Shown here piece by piece: positions 41,735 to 53,100 of a stretch of 57,330 nt of DNA; the first letter of the stretch is position 1; each line of letters starts with the position of its first letter. Below the pieces are notes generated by a model. That model was not told the origin of the DNA and made no database searches. It saw nothing but the letters and a program-made list of their open reading frames with translations. The stretch covers positions 1 to 57,330 of the forward strand of contig CANKVC010000001.1 of the NCBI GenBank assembly GCA_947486835.1, written 5' to 3'. The DNA is from Cytophagaceae bacterium (lineage in GTDB: Bacteria > Bacteroidota > Bacteroidia > Cytophagales > Spirosomataceae). A program made the translations under genes and the position numbers.

Positions 41735-43324
41735 ATGGCTCAAGTTATAAGAATGCCCAAGATGAGTGACACGATGTTAGAGGGTGTCATTGCTAAATGG
41801 TTGAAAAAAGAAGGAGATACAATTAAATCCGGCGACATCATAGCTGAAGTTGAAACAGATAAGGCTACCATGGAACTTGAGAATTATGAGGATGGGACAT
41901 TACTTTACATTGGTATAAAAGCAGGCGAAGCGGCTCCTGTAGATGGCATTATAGCTATTGTGGGAACAAAGGGGGAAGATTATTCAAGTTTATTAACAGA
42001 ACCCAAAGCAGTTGTCGTAAACGAAGTCGTTGAAAAGGCTATTGAAGTTACAGCAGATCAACCTGCGATCGATTTAAGTAATATCAAAGCTAAGGCAGTC
42101 AGAATGCCTAAAATGAGCGATACTATGTTAGAAGGTGTCATCGCTAAATGGTTGAAAAAAGAAGGAGATAAAGTTAAAAGTGGTGATATTATAGCCGAAG
42201 TCGAGACGGATAAAGCCACGATGGAATTAGAAAATTATGAGGACGGAACCATATTGTATATTGGCGCACAAGAAGGGAAAGGAATAGTAGTCGATGGCAT
42301 AATCGCAATAGTTGGTGAACCCGGAGCAGATTTCAAAAAAATATTAGAGGCAGAAAATACGGTAAAAGTGGACGCACCCGCGGTCGTACAAGCCAGTGCA
42401 CCGGCACCTATCAAGGCGGTTGAAGAAGTTAAACCCATTGAAACGGCTCAATCAACCCAACAAACTGCTTCTAATGTAGAAGTGAAATCATCTCCATTAG
42501 CACGAGCATTAGCGAAAGAAAAAGGATATAATTTATCGTGGATTCAAGGAACTGGAGAAGGCGGAAGAATTACAAAGTCCGATGTAGATAATTACAATCC
42601 GAATCAAGGCGGAACAAAATCAAGTCACTTTACAGGTGGAACTGAAAGTTTTGAAGATATTCCAAATAGTCAAATGCGAAAAACAATTGCAAGGCGACTT
42701 TCGGAATCAAAATTCAGTGCTCCAGAATTCTACCTAACCATGGAAATCAACATGGATAAGGCCATTGAAGCTAGAGTTAGCATGAATGAAATTTTTCCAG
42801 TTAAAATTTCATTTAATGATTTCGTCATTAAAGCATCTTCACTTGCATTAGTCAAACATCCAAAAGTAAATTCTTATTGGATGGAAGATCGAATTAGGGT
42901 CAACAAACATGTACATATAGGCATGGCTGTGGCTGTTGAAGATGGATTACTTGTACCTGTGATTCGTTTTGCAAATGAAAAATCAATCGCTGAAATATCA
43001 GCTGAGGCAAAAGACTTAGGTGCAAAAGCTAAATCAAAACAATTGCAACCTAAAGATTGGGAAGGAAATACATTTACGGTAAGTAACTTGGGTATGTTTG
43101 GAATAGACCAATTCACATCCATTATTAATTCACCTGAATCGTGCATTTTAGCCGTGGGTGGAATTAAAGAAACCGTTGGTGTTAAAAACGGTCAATTTTA
43201 TGCAACGAACATCATGAAATTAACCCTAACATGTGACCATCGAGTAGTTGATGGCGCCACAGGAGCCGCTTTTCTGCAAACCCTGAAGCAATATTTAGAG
43301 GACCCAATAAAAATGTTTTTATAA
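41735..43324 (+). CDS. pdhC: Pyruvate dehydrogenase E2 dihydrolipoamide acetyltransferase, two lipoyl domains
   Basis: Two ETDKATME lipoyl motifs, E3-binding SPLAR...GTGEGGRI, catalytic DHRVVDG; start placed at ATG 41735. Confidence 0.93.
   Translation: MAQVIRMPKMSDTMLEGVIAKWLKKEGDTIKSGDIIAEVETDKATMELENYEDGTLLYIGIKAGEAAPVDGIIAIVGTKGEDYSSLLTEPKAVVVNEVVEKAIEVTADQPAIDLSNIKAKAVRMPKMSDTMLEGVIAKWLKKEGDKVKSGDIIAEVETDKATMELENYEDGTILYIGAQEGKGIVVDGIIAIVGEPGADFKKILEAENTVKVDAPAVVQASAPAPIKAVEEVKPIETAQSTQQTASNVEVKSSPLARALAKEKGYNLSWIQGTGEGGRITKSDVDNYNPNQGGTKSSHFTGGTESFEDIPNSQMRKTIARRLSESKFSAPEFYLTMEINMDKAIEARVSMNEIFPVKISFNDFVIKASSLALVKHPKVNSYWMEDRIRVNKHVHIGMAVAVEDGLLVPVIRFANEKSIAEISAEAKDLGAKAKSKQLQPKDWEGNTFTVSNLGMFGIDQFTSIINSPESCILAVGGIKETVGVKNGQFYATNIMKLTLTCDHRVVDGATGAAFLQTLKQYLEDPIKMFL
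41750..42316 (+). repeat. Intragenic duplication of lipoyl domain (41750-41965 and 42101-42316)
   Basis: RMPKMSDTMLEGVIAKWLKKEGD...DGIIAIVG repeated at a 351-nt offset with synonymous divergence. Confidence 0.9.
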
Positions 43325-43337
43325 CACCTGATTAATT

Positions 43338-43371
43338 GGCAAGCCTCGAAAAAATCGGGGCTTGTCTATTT
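43338..43371 (+). terminator. Hairpin between PDH E2 and hisG (weak terminator or stabiliser)
   Basis: GGCAAGCCTCGA-AAAAA-TCGGGGCTTGTC-TATTT; poor U tract. Confidence 0.55.
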
Positions 43372-43386
43372 AAAACTAGCATGATT

Positions 43387-44250
43387 ATGAGCACAGAAAA
43401 TATTAGAATAGCTATTCAAAAATCAGGTCGATTAAGCGAAGACTCACTAAAGTTATTTAAAGAGTGTGGAATTAAATTTGAAGCCCATGGATCTAAATTA
43501 AGATCTGTGTCAAGTAATTTTCCCATCGAGTTCTTATTTCTGCGAGATGATGATATTCCTGGTTACGTGGAAGATGGTGTCGCTGATTTAGGGGTCATTG
43601 GGTTAAATGTACTTATGGAGCAAAAGCGAAAAGTTGATATTGTCAAAGAATTAGGCTTTTCAAAATGTCGTTTATCCTTAGCCATTCCAAGAAATGAAGT
43701 TTACACGGATTTAACTTATTTCAATGGAAAAAGTATTGCCACCTCCTACCCTAACCTTACTGATGCATTTTTAAAAGCAAATGGAGTAAAGGCGGAAACT
43801 CATGAGATTTCTGGCTCAGTTGAAATTGCCCCAAGTATTGGCTTGGCAGAAGGTATTTGTGATATTGTTTCAACGGGCGGAACTTTACTAAGCAATGGCT
43901 TAAAAGAAGTTGCTGAAGTATTTCAAAGCCAAGCAGTTTTGATTTCAAATAAGCAATTAAATAAGACAAAAAAAGAATTACTAGATAAAATAATATTTAG
44001 GATTGATGCGGTTCAAAAAGGACAAAATGCAAAGTATGTCGTTTTAAATGCCAAAGAAGAAAATATAGCCCAAATAATTGCTTTATTGCCTGGAATGCGA
44101 TCTCCGTCTGTTGTCCCATTAGCAGAAAAAGGATGGTTCTCACTTCATTCAGTAATTTCGGAAAATGATTTTTGGGAAATCATTGAGTCACTAAGATTAG
44201 CGGGTGCTGAAGGCATTTTGGTTTTACCTATCGAAAAAATGATTTTATAA
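43387..44250 (+). CDS. hisG: ATP phosphoribosyltransferase, long form
   Basis: IAIQKSGRL, LRDDDIP, IATSYP, GSVEIAP, DIVSTGGTL, C-terminal regulatory domain. Confidence 0.97.
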   Translation: MSTENIRIAIQKSGRLSEDSLKLFKECGIKFEAHGSKLRSVSSNFPIEFLFLRDDDIPGYVEDGVADLGVIGLNVLMEQKRKVDIVKELGFSKCRLSLAIPRNEVYTDLTYFNGKSIATSYPNLTDAFLKANGVKAETHEISGSVEIAPSIGLAEGICDIVSTGGTLLSNGLKEVAEVFQSQAVLISNKQLNKTKKELLDKIIFRIDAVQKGQNAKYVVLNAKEENIAQIIALLPGMRSPSVVPLAEKGWFSLHSVISENDFWEIIESLRLAGAEGILVLPIEKMIL

Positions 44251-45521
44251 TGATTCAGGTAATTAAATTTCCTTCTCGATCTGATTATTCGGAATTGTGC
44301 GCAAGGCCTCAAATTGAGTCGTCAAAGATTGGCAGTTTAATCGAATCGATATTTAATAAGGTTAAGACTGATAAAGATAAGGCACTTATAAGTCTGACTT
44401 ATGAATTTGAGAAAAGGGAAATAGATACCATTCTGTACACAGAAAAGGAAATAGATGATTATTCGAAAGCGACAGATGATGATTTAAAAATAGCAATAAA
44501 AATTGCGTTTGATAATATCTACAAATTTCACGAGGCTCAAAAACTTGTTGAGAAAAGAGTAGAAACAAGTCCGGGGGTGGTTTGTTGGCAAAAGTCAAGT
44601 CCCATAGAGAAAGTTGGCATTTACATCCCAGGAGGAACAGCACCTTTATTTTCAACCATTTTAATGCTAGCCATACCGGCAAAAATAGCGGGTTGCTCCG
44701 AAATTGTTTTATGCACTCCTGGCATACACCCAGCGATATTTTACACCGCAAAATTGTGTGGAATAACGAAGATGTGTAAAGTAGGCGGTGCACAAGCTAT
44801 AGCTGCATTGGCATTAGGCACTCCCTCTATTCCTAAAGTATATAAAATATTTGGTCCTGGTAATCAATATGTCACTGCGGCAAAAATGCATGCAAATTCA
44901 ATGGGGGTGGCCATTGACATGCCAGCTGGTCCTTCAGAAGTCGCCATTTTTGCAGATGAAACTTCAAATGCTCGTTATGTGGCCTCTGATTTGTTGTCCC
45001 AAGCGGAACATGGCGTAGACTCACAAGTATTTCTAGTATCTACTTCTGAAACATTAATTCATGATACTATTCATGAATTAGAAAGCCAACTAATAGAACT
45101 ACCTAGAAAAGAATTAGCTAAAGAGGCTATTTTAAATTCTAAATTCATCTTGGTTAATAGTTCGGATGATGCCATTGATTTACTAAATGAATATGCGGCT
45201 GAACACTTAATATTGGCTTGTGATGATCCAGAAAAAATATCAGATAAGATAATTAATGCTGGGTCTATATTCTTGGGACATTTTACACCAGAATCTGCCG
45301 GTGATTATTCATCAGGAACAAATCACACATTACCGACCAATGGTCATGCAAGGGCATATTCTGGAGTAAATTTGGATAGCTTTTGTAAAAAAATTACATT
45401 ACAGTCGATCAGTAAAAGTGGATTGGAAATTTTGAGTAAAAGTATCATACCTATGGCTGAAGCAGAATCGTTACAGGCACATGCAAATGCAGTAAAAGTC
45501 CGATTAAATAATGGATTATAA
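44250..45521 (+). CDS. hisD: Histidinol dehydrogenase
   Basis: YIPGGTAPL, GGAQAI, GPGNQYV, DMPAGPSE, QAEHG, EHL, GTNHTLPT. Confidence 0.98.
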   Translation: MIQVIKFPSRSDYSELCARPQIESSKIGSLIESIFNKVKTDKDKALISLTYEFEKREIDTILYTEKEIDDYSKATDDDLKIAIKIAFDNIYKFHEAQKLVEKRVETSPGVVCWQKSSPIEKVGIYIPGGTAPLFSTILMLAIPAKIAGCSEIVLCTPGIHPAIFYTAKLCGITKMCKVGGAQAIAALALGTPSIPKVYKIFGPGNQYVTAAKMHANSMGVAIDMPAGPSEVAIFADETSNARYVASDLLSQAEHGVDSQVFLVSTSETLIHDTIHELESQLIELPRKELAKEAILNSKFILVNSSDDAIDLLNEYAAEHLILACDDPEKISDKIINAGSIFLGHFTPESAGDYSSGTNHTLPTNGHARAYSGVNLDSFCKKITLQSISKSGLEILSKSIIPMAEAESLQAHANAVKVRLNNGL

Positions 45522-46572
45522 AAAATACATATTGCCGCATATTTGGAATTTAAAGCCTTATTCATCCGCTAGAGATGAATTTAAAGGTACTGAGGGTATT
45601 TTTTTAGATGCTAATGAAAATCCTATTGGGTCTGGTTTAGAAGAGAATTATAATCGGTATCCAGATCCACTTCAATGGCAAATAAAAGGTCAATTAGCTA
45701 AGATCAAAAAATGTTCCGAGGATGAAATATTTTTAGGAAATGGTTCTGATGAGGCCATTGATTTATTGATTAGAATGACTTGTACGTCAGATGATAGTTC
45801 CATTATCGTATGCCCGCCAACCTATGGAATGTATGAGGTTAGCGCGTCTATTAATAATGTGCCTTTGATTAAGGTAAATTTAACCTCAGAATATCAATTA
45901 AATACTGATTCAATTTTAAAAGCTATAGATTCTACTACTCGATTACTATTTATCTGCTCACCCAATAATCCAACGGGCAATTTAATGAATAGAGAAGATA
46001 TATATAAAATTCTTGATTCGTTTAAAACTGGTTTTGTTGTGATAGATGAAGCATATATTGATTTTTCTGAAGAGCCTAGTTTCATACAAGAGTTACATAA
46101 ATTCCCTCAACTCATCGTATTACAAACCTTATCTAAAGCTTATGGATTAGCTTCATTACGTCTCGGAATGGCATTTGCTAACCCAAACATTATAAAGCTT
46201 TTAAACAAAATAAAGCCCCCATACAATATTGGTGGAGCAACACAAAGGTTAGTTCAAAAAGCTTTAAGCGATAGTCATTTTGTCACTGGGTCTATTCAAC
46301 AATTAAAAATCAATAAACAGCAATTAATAGCTGATTTAAAACATATTAATGGCGTGTCAACGATATTTCATTCTGATGCTAATTTTATTTTAGTTAAATT
46401 TATTCGTGCTCAAGAACTATTTGATTATTTAATTTTGCAGAAAATAATTGCTCGAAATAGATCAAATGTGGAGCTTTGTAATGATTCCATAAGGATCACC
46501 ATTGGATTAGAAAGCGAGAACAAAGAATTAATACAAAAAATAAAGATTTTTTATACCGAAAACAATGTGTAA
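45511..46572 (+). CDS. hisC: Histidinol-phosphate aminotransferase
   Basis: LDANEN, NRYPDP, GNGSDE, CSPNNPTG, DEAYIDF, TLSKAYGLASLRLG. Confidence 0.96.
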   Translation: MDYKKYILPHIWNLKPYSSARDEFKGTEGIFLDANENPIGSGLEENYNRYPDPLQWQIKGQLAKIKKCSEDEIFLGNGSDEAIDLLIRMTCTSDDSSIIVCPPTYGMYEVSASINNVPLIKVNLTSEYQLNTDSILKAIDSTTRLLFICSPNNPTGNLMNREDIYKILDSFKTGFVVIDEAYIDFSEEPSFIQELHKFPQLIVLQTLSKAYGLASLRLGMAFANPNIIKLLNKIKPPYNIGGATQRLVQKALSDSHFVTGSIQQLKINKQQLIADLKHINGVSTIFHSDANFILVKFIRAQELFDYLILQKIIARNRSNVELCNDSIRITIGLESENKELIQKIKIFYTENNV

Positions 46573-47086
46573 AAAAGTATTCTTATTTCTTTTTTTGTTG
46601 ATATTGAGCCATCAAAATTTTGGTCAGTTGCAAGATTGGGCTGCAGGCTTTAGGGTCGGCGAACCTGGAGGATTTATGGCCAGAAAATATTCAGCAAATG
46701 GAGTAAATGCGATAGAAGTCAATATCGGTACCTATGGTGGTTTATGGGGAACAGATCGCAATTATAAGGATGGGGAATTCCGCAACATTGGTTATTCCAT
46801 CAACATGCTTTATTTGTGGCATTTTCCAACTTTAGTCAATGCAGATTTACATACCTATTATGGTTTTGGTCCACAAATAAATTCACGAGATTTATACGAG
46901 AAGAACTCTACGAAATCTACTCGAAACCAAGGAATAGGTGCTGCAGCCATTGGCGGCTTAGAATATTTTCCTATAGATGCCCCTAGCCTATCCTTTTTTA
47001 GTGAAATCGGCTTCTATAATGAATTATTACCCAATCCATTTTTTTGGCACTTACAAGGAGGCATTGGTGTACGAGTAAATTTCTAA
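46565..47086 (+). CDS. Small outer-membrane beta-barrel-like hypothetical protein
   Basis: Signal peptide, alternating aromatic/Gly strands (YYGFG, GGLEY, FFSEIG), C-terminal GIGVRVNF beta-signal. Confidence 0.7.
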   Translation: MCKKVFLFLFLLILSHQNFGQLQDWAAGFRVGEPGGFMARKYSANGVNAIEVNIGTYGGLWGTDRNYKDGEFRNIGYSINMLYLWHFPTLVNADLHTYYGFGPQINSRDLYEKNSTKSTRNQGIGAAAIGGLEYFPIDAPSLSFFSEIGFYNELLPNPFFWHLQGGIGVRVNF

Positions 47087-47129
47087 TGAATATAGGAAAT
47101 CAAAAAGATAAGTGGCAATTTTACATCAT

Positions 47130-47203
<74 letters not shown>

Positions 47204-47204
47204 C

Positions 47205-47234
47205 AAAAAGGACTCATATAGAGTCCTTTTTTTT
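47205..47234. terminator. Bidirectional terminator between tRNA-Ala and nspC
   Basis: AAAAAGGACTC-ATATA-GAGTCCTTTTTTTT. Confidence 0.85.
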
Positions 47235-48369
47235 ATAGTCGATCTTTAAAGGAATCGAATCCGAAATGCTTTAAAAGTTGGTATTTTTCATTAACATCAA
47301 TCATACCGATGTCCGGAAGATTAACCCCATTAAATGTCGTTGTTTTTACCATGGTATAATGAATCATATCTTCAAATATAATTTCATCACCAATTTTTAA
47401 TGGCGAATCAAATGAATAGTCACCATAAAAATCACCAGCTAAACAAGTCATTCCTCCAAACCTATAGTTGGGCTTTCCAGAAATAGGTTCCATAGACGCA
47501 TGTCGAATTCGAGGTTTATATGGCATTTCAAGCGTATCTGGCATATGTGCCGCAAATGAAACATCTAAAATAGCCACATCGATTCCAGCTGAATGAACTA
47601 TATCAAGGATCGTAGATTTTAAAAAACCAGTTTGCCAACCAACTGCTGATCCAGGCTCTAAAATAATCGTAAGATGTGGGTATCTAGATTTAAAGGACTT
47701 TAACAAGTTAATCAAATGGTCCACGTCGTAGCCCTCTTTAGTGATTAAATGACCTCCACCTAAATTTAACCATTTGATTTGGGGCAATAAATCACCAAAT
47801 TTATCTTCAATCACCTTCAATGTTCTTTCTAAAACAAATGAATCATTTTCACAAAGTGTATGAGAATGTAAACCTTCGATACCTTTTGGCAATATATTAC
47901 CTAAATCCGATCTTCTAATGCCTAATCTAGAACCAGCAATACAAGGATTATACATCTCAGTTTCCACCTCAGCATATTCTGGATTGATGCGAATACCGCA
48001 AGAGATTCCATTTTTTACTGCCTGATCTGCAAATTGATTTACCTGATTCAAAGAATTGAAAGTCATATGACTTGCATAATGCATAAACTCATTAAATTCT
48101 GATGCAAGGTATGCCGGCGTGTACGCATGACATTTAATCCCCATCTCTTCAAAAGCTAATCTTGCTTCATTTAGTGAACTCGCAGTCGCTCCAGATAAAA
48201 AATATTTAATCGTCCCAAAAACATGGTAAAAAGAAAAACCTTTCAGTGCACATATAATCTCCACTCCCGCTTCTTTTTGAACCCGTTCCATTAATCTTAA
48301 ATTATTTAACAATAATTTTTCTTCTAAAACGTATGCTGGTGAAGCAATTTGAGGATATTGAATATGCAT
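47233..48369 (-). CDS. nspC: Carboxy(nor)spermidine decarboxylase
   Basis: SPAYVLEE, ALKGF, YNPC...SRLG, GLHSHTLCE, NLGGGH, EPG, HMPDTLEMPY, CLAGD, HYTMVKTTTFNG. Confidence 0.95.
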   Translation of the reverse strand: MHIQYPQIASPAYVLEEKLLLNNLRLMERVQKEAGVEIICALKGFSFYHVFGTIKYFLSGATASSLNEARLAFEEMGIKCHAYTPAYLASEFNEFMHYASHMTFNSLNQVNQFADQAVKNGISCGIRINPEYAEVETEMYNPCIAGSRLGIRRSDLGNILPKGIEGLHSHTLCENDSFVLERTLKVIEDKFGDLLPQIKWLNLGGGHLITKEGYDVDHLINLLKSFKSRYPHLTIILEPGSAVGWQTGFLKSTILDIVHSAGIDVAILDVSFAAHMPDTLEMPYKPRIRHASMEPISGKPNYRFGGMTCLAGDFYGDYSFDSPLKIGDEIIFEDMIHYTMVKTTTFNGVNLPDIGMIDVNEKYQLLKHFGFDSFKDRL

Positions 48370-48370
48370 G

Positions 48371-49585
48371 TTAATAGGTATGTGGTAATTCACCATTTAC
48401 TTCCTCATGCCAAGGAAGCCCGTGAATATTCAATAATTCCATAAATGGATCTGGGTTAAATTCTTCCACATTGTAAACACCTGGATTAAACCAGACGCCT
48501 TCACACATCAAAGAAGCTCCAATCATGGCAGGAACTCCAGTGGTATAGGAAACACCTTGTGCTTGGACTTCCTTATAACAATCTGCATGATGACAGTTAT
48601 TATAAACATAATAAGTAACTTCTGAATTGTCTTTAGTTCCTTTAATTTGACAGCCAATAGACGTTTGTCCGGAATAATTTTCACCTAATGTACCTGGTTC
48701 AGGCAGAACAGCTTTTAAAAATTCCAAAGGGACAATATCTAATCCATTAAATTTTATGGGGTGGATGGAAGTCATCCCTACATTTTGTAAAACTTCTAGA
48801 TGAGTTAAATAAGCTTGACCAAAAGTCATCCAAAAACGAGCACGCTTGATGGTTGGGAAATTTTTAACCAACGATTCCAGTTCCTCGTGATAAAGTAAAT
48901 ATGATTCTTTAGGTCCGATATTAGGGTAACTAATTGGCTTGTGAATAGACATAGCGTCAATTTCAATCCATTCTCCATTTTCCCAATACTTACCTTTTTG
49001 AGTTATTTCTCTAATATTAATTTCAGGATTAAAATTAGTTGCAAAAGCTTTTCCGTGATCACCCGCATTACAATCAATAATGTCAAGGTAATGCATTTCG
49101 TCAAAGTAATGCTTATTGGCATAAGCAGTATATACACCAGTTACTCCAGGGTCAAACCCACAGCCCAATAAAGCCATTAAACCTGCTTTTTTGAAACGTT
49201 CTTGATACGCCCACTGCCATGAATATTCAAACTTAGCCACATCCTTAGGCTCATAATTAGCCGTATCTAAATAATGTACGCCAGTAGCTAAACAAGCATC
49301 CATAATCGTTAAATCCTGATATGGAAGGGCTACATTGATAACCATGAATGGCTTTTCCTGATTAAATAATTGGACTAAGGCCGGAACATCATCTGCATCC
49401 ACTTGCCTAGTTTGTACACTGGTAGGCAATCCTATTTTTTTACACTCCTCGGCGATAGCCTCACATTTTTTCAAAGTCCTAGAAGCTAAAACCACTTCTG
49501 AAAAATACGCTGGATTCATAGCACATTTTTTTGCTACTACATTACCCACACCACCAGCGCCAATTATAATTACTTTTTTTCCCAT
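48371..49585 (-). CDS. Carboxy(nor)spermidine dehydrogenase (saccharopine dehydrogenase family)
   Basis: IIGAGGVG, NVALPYQD, YLDTANYE, GFDPG, DCNAGDHG, FATNFNPEIN; adjacent to nspC. Confidence 0.93.
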   Translation of the reverse strand: MGKKVIIIGAGGVGNVVAKKCAMNPAYFSEVVLASRTLKKCEAIAEECKKIGLPTSVQTRQVDADDVPALVQLFNQEKPFMVINVALPYQDLTIMDACLATGVHYLDTANYEPKDVAKFEYSWQWAYQERFKKAGLMALLGCGFDPGVTGVYTAYANKHYFDEMHYLDIIDCNAGDHGKAFATNFNPEINIREITQKGKYWENGEWIEIDAMSIHKPISYPNIGPKESYLLYHEELESLVKNFPTIKRARFWMTFGQAYLTHLEVLQNVGMTSIHPIKFNGLDIVPLEFLKAVLPEPGTLGENYSGQTSIGCQIKGTKDNSEVTYYVYNNCHHADCYKEVQAQGVSYTTGVPAMIGASLMCEGVWFNPGVYNVEEFNPDPFMELLNIHGLPWHEEVNGELPHTY

Positions 49586-49604
49586 GTTAATTTAAAAAAG
49601 AATG

Positions 49605-49612
49605 CAAAAATA
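49605..49612 (-). promoter_or_regulatory. -7 promoter box of the CASDH-nspC operon
   Basis: Minus-strand TATTTTTG 19 nt upstream of ATG 49585. Confidence 0.55.
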
Positions 49613-49642
49613 CATATTGCAAGTTAGAATCCATACAGCACA

Positions 49643-50152
49643 TTAAAATTTAATCTGCTTAAATGGCCTTATCACCCTCACAAATGAATTATGCCAATAT
49701 CCTTTTAGTAATTCATCTTCTCTTACTCCCTTGCTTGTGCTCGCATGTAAAAACAAAATTGAGTCCTTGTTAATGTTTGAAACGATACCTACATGATTAA
49801 TTATTCGAGATTGATTTGAAAAAAACACCCAATCTCCACGTTGAATTTGATCGATTGATACAGGTAATCCAAATTCTAATTGCTGAGAAGTGGTTCTTGG
49901 TATCTGAAAAGAATTGCTATCATACATAGTAAACAACAATCCAGAGCAATCTAGCCCATTCTTATCCGTACCACCTAGTCGATATGGAACTCCTAAATAG
50001 GAATATCCCATTTTAAATAATTGATCTAAATCGTGTTGATTAAAGGTAGTTGACAGATTCTTTTTGTGAAATAATTTCACTGTACTATGAAAGAGTTTAC
50101 AACCTTGACTTAAGAACAAAACCAAAAGAAGTATGACAATTTTCTTACACAT
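49643..50152 (-). CDS. NlpC/P60 (C40) peptidoglycan peptidase lipoprotein
   Basis: Lipobox SQGC, YLGVPYRLGG, DCSG, HVGI, HAS. Confidence 0.9.
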   Translation of the reverse strand: MCKKIVILLLVLFLSQGCKLFHSTVKLFHKKNLSTTFNQHDLDQLFKMGYSYLGVPYRLGGTDKNGLDCSGLLFTMYDSNSFQIPRTTSQQLEFGLPVSIDQIQRGDWVFFSNQSRIINHVGIVSNINKDSILFLHASTSKGVREDELLKGYWHNSFVRVIRPFKQIKF

Positions 50153-53100
50153 AGACAACATCTCTTTCACTCAAATAAATCAATACCCCCTTAGGATTAT
50201 TGAATCCCATTTCATGAAGAATCTGACAATAATTCCCCAATTGCATTTTATGCTGATCGGATCTTTTACCAGATTTAAAATCAATAATAAACACATGCCC
50301 ATCTTTATTAATTACTCTGTCAGGCCTAAATACAGACCCATCGGGACACAGTATGTCGCTTTCTACAAACAATAATTCGTCATCAATGAAAAAATCACTA
50401 ATTTTTTCATCCTCTAAAATGTCATTAATATCATCCCGGTATTCAAAAGAATTACTTGAAATAGAACTAGCATAATTCAACCTCCAATCATTAATCCCCT
50501 TTAATTTGGCCAAACAATCATGCAGTATATTTCCTTTTTCTCTTTTTTTGTCTGCTAAAGTAAACATGTCTGAATGAGAAGAATCCACTCGAATTTGAGG
50601 AATTTCAAATAAGGAAGACTGAATATCGACCAACTTACCATCATATTCAAGGCCTAGTGATTTACTAATGCATTCAGGAATCTGATCCTCGCTAAAAACA
50701 TAATGAGAAACGCATTCCGCATATGTATTAGACAACAAATAGGATTCATGATGTATTAAACGGCCTTCTTTTTCCGCCATTTTGCATAAAAAATCCCCTA
50801 TAGATACATTAAATATGGCTTTGGTAGTACCATGAGCATCTTCAGATGGTTTAGCCACAATCAGATGAAGGTGTAATCTAGCGCGAGTTGCTCCCACATA
50901 TAACATATTGAGCGCATCCAAAAACACTGCCTCTTTCTCATGTTGGCTTTGTTCGGTTAAATCATCAAAACCAATTAAATTTTTAGCATTAACCTTACTA
51001 TAAAAATGTGCTAAATTTTTGTTTTCAGCAACCGATAGCTCATCATACGCTAAATTTTTCAAGTCATACCATATCTTTTCAGATCCTACTTGATGGGACC
51101 ATGAAGCAAATGGAATGATGACGATTGGATATTCCAAACCCTTAGACTTATGAATACTGGATATAGTAATCGCATTTAAATGATCAGGAGAAGCGATGCA
51201 GAAACTCGATTTATTATCCTCATAATAATCCAAAAACTCAGATATCGAATTAGATTTAAGCAAAGAAAATTCATTCAAAATATCCAAATATTTAAATAGA
51301 TATTCAGTTCCTTCCTTGTGAGCAAATAAATTAAATTGATCAATTAAGTAATAGACAAAGGGAACAAGTAAAGAATCATTCAATTTAGAGGAATCCAATT
51401 TGATCGAATGAGCATTAAAAAATTCGATGCAATGACGGAGGTAATCCCCTTTCACATTTGAAATATTCTCATTTATCGTTTCGGTCTGGCCTACAAGCTG
51501 ATTAAATTGAAACAATAGTTCATGTAGCGTAAATTGATCCGGGTTATTTGCCAACTTCATGAACGTATGGATAAAACCAACAATCGACGAATAATGAACC
51601 AAAAGTGAATCAGATGAGATGACAGGAAATCCTAATTCTTTTAACTGAATCGCAATGAATTTAGAATCCTTATTTTTTCGAGTTAATATGGCGATATCCT
51701 TGTAAGAAAATCCTTTTGAAATACTTTGCTTTATTTGATCTATGCAAACATCAAGCATCATCGTCGAGTCAGAAACCTTCGAAGGCGAGTCATTGGATGC
51801 AGAATTCAAAATGACTACATCAACGAATCCTTTTCCTTTGTTGGGATTTAATTTTGGATTCTGCTTCATATTAGCCCCATAAATAGGGCTTAACAAACTT
51901 GAATAAGCCTGATAGCTAGAATTATTAGCGATAAAATCAAAAAACTTATTATTGAATTCGACCACTTCGCTAGCACTTCTGAAATTATTAATCAAACTAA
52001 TATTTTCAGTATTACTTAATAAATAATCATATCTAAATTGATCCAGTTCGTTTGATCCAAGTTTATCACCTAATAAATCAGAATTATTATTTGTCATCGA
52101 AGCAATTAGACCTACCTCACCCCCTCTAAATTTATAAATAGATTGTTTGGGGTCGCCAACGAGCAAATTTCTTTTATTGATACTCACGGAGTTTTCAATC
52201 AATGGCATAAAATTTTGCCATTGAAGGATGGATGTATCTTGAAATTCATCAATCAAAATATGAAAATACCGATCCCCTAATTTTTCATAAATAAAGGGTA
52301 CTGGATCCTGAGAAATAACTTCATAAATCTTTTTCGAAAACTCAGAAATGGATACAGCGTTATTTTCAGCTTGATAAATGCTTAACTCATCCACAACAGT
52401 GCTTAGTAATGCTATTTTCTTTATGTCTTTTTTAATCAGTTGAAGCAACGAATATTTGTTAATTACCTCTTCATGAATGTCAACAAAAGATTGACTTAAT
52501 ATGGATAACTGGTCTGCAATCCCATCAATTTGAACCTTAGATAGTGGAGATGAACTAGCTGAATACCATTTACCAGAAGAATAAGCATCTTTAATATAGG
52601 TGAATTTATTAGGTTCAAGTTCAGGATTTAAACTAAATTTTCTAAAGAAATTAATAGGACCCTTGGCTCCTCGAGCAAATTCCGAATCATCCACTTGAAT
52701 AGATTCAACCAATACAATAATTTTCTCTGCTATTTCTTTTAATTCATTTTGAATAGTTGAGATAAATTGGAAAATCTGGTTTTCAATCGTTATAAAATCA
52801 GTGATCGAAAAAGACCGAATATGATCTTGAACCTTTAAAAAATCTTCCTGAAGACAAATTTTTAAATATTGATGGAAACCACTTCGTATTAAATTCCAAT
52901 TACGCCCTTCGATAACTTCATTGCGTGCATAATCTAAAATGAGTTCTGTTAAATGTGGATCACCATGAAGATTTACCTTCTCCATTAATTGGTCTATCAG
53001 ATCTTTAATCAGTTTATTTGAATCTAAAATAACTTCAAACTGACTTGGAAGATTTAGCTCCTCGACAAACGAAGTACTTAACCTCTGAACAAAACTATCA

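Noticed and set aside
41750-42316. Direct repeat as a mobile or recent duplication
   Set aside because: Ordinary tandem lipoyl domains of PDH E2 with synonymous divergence.
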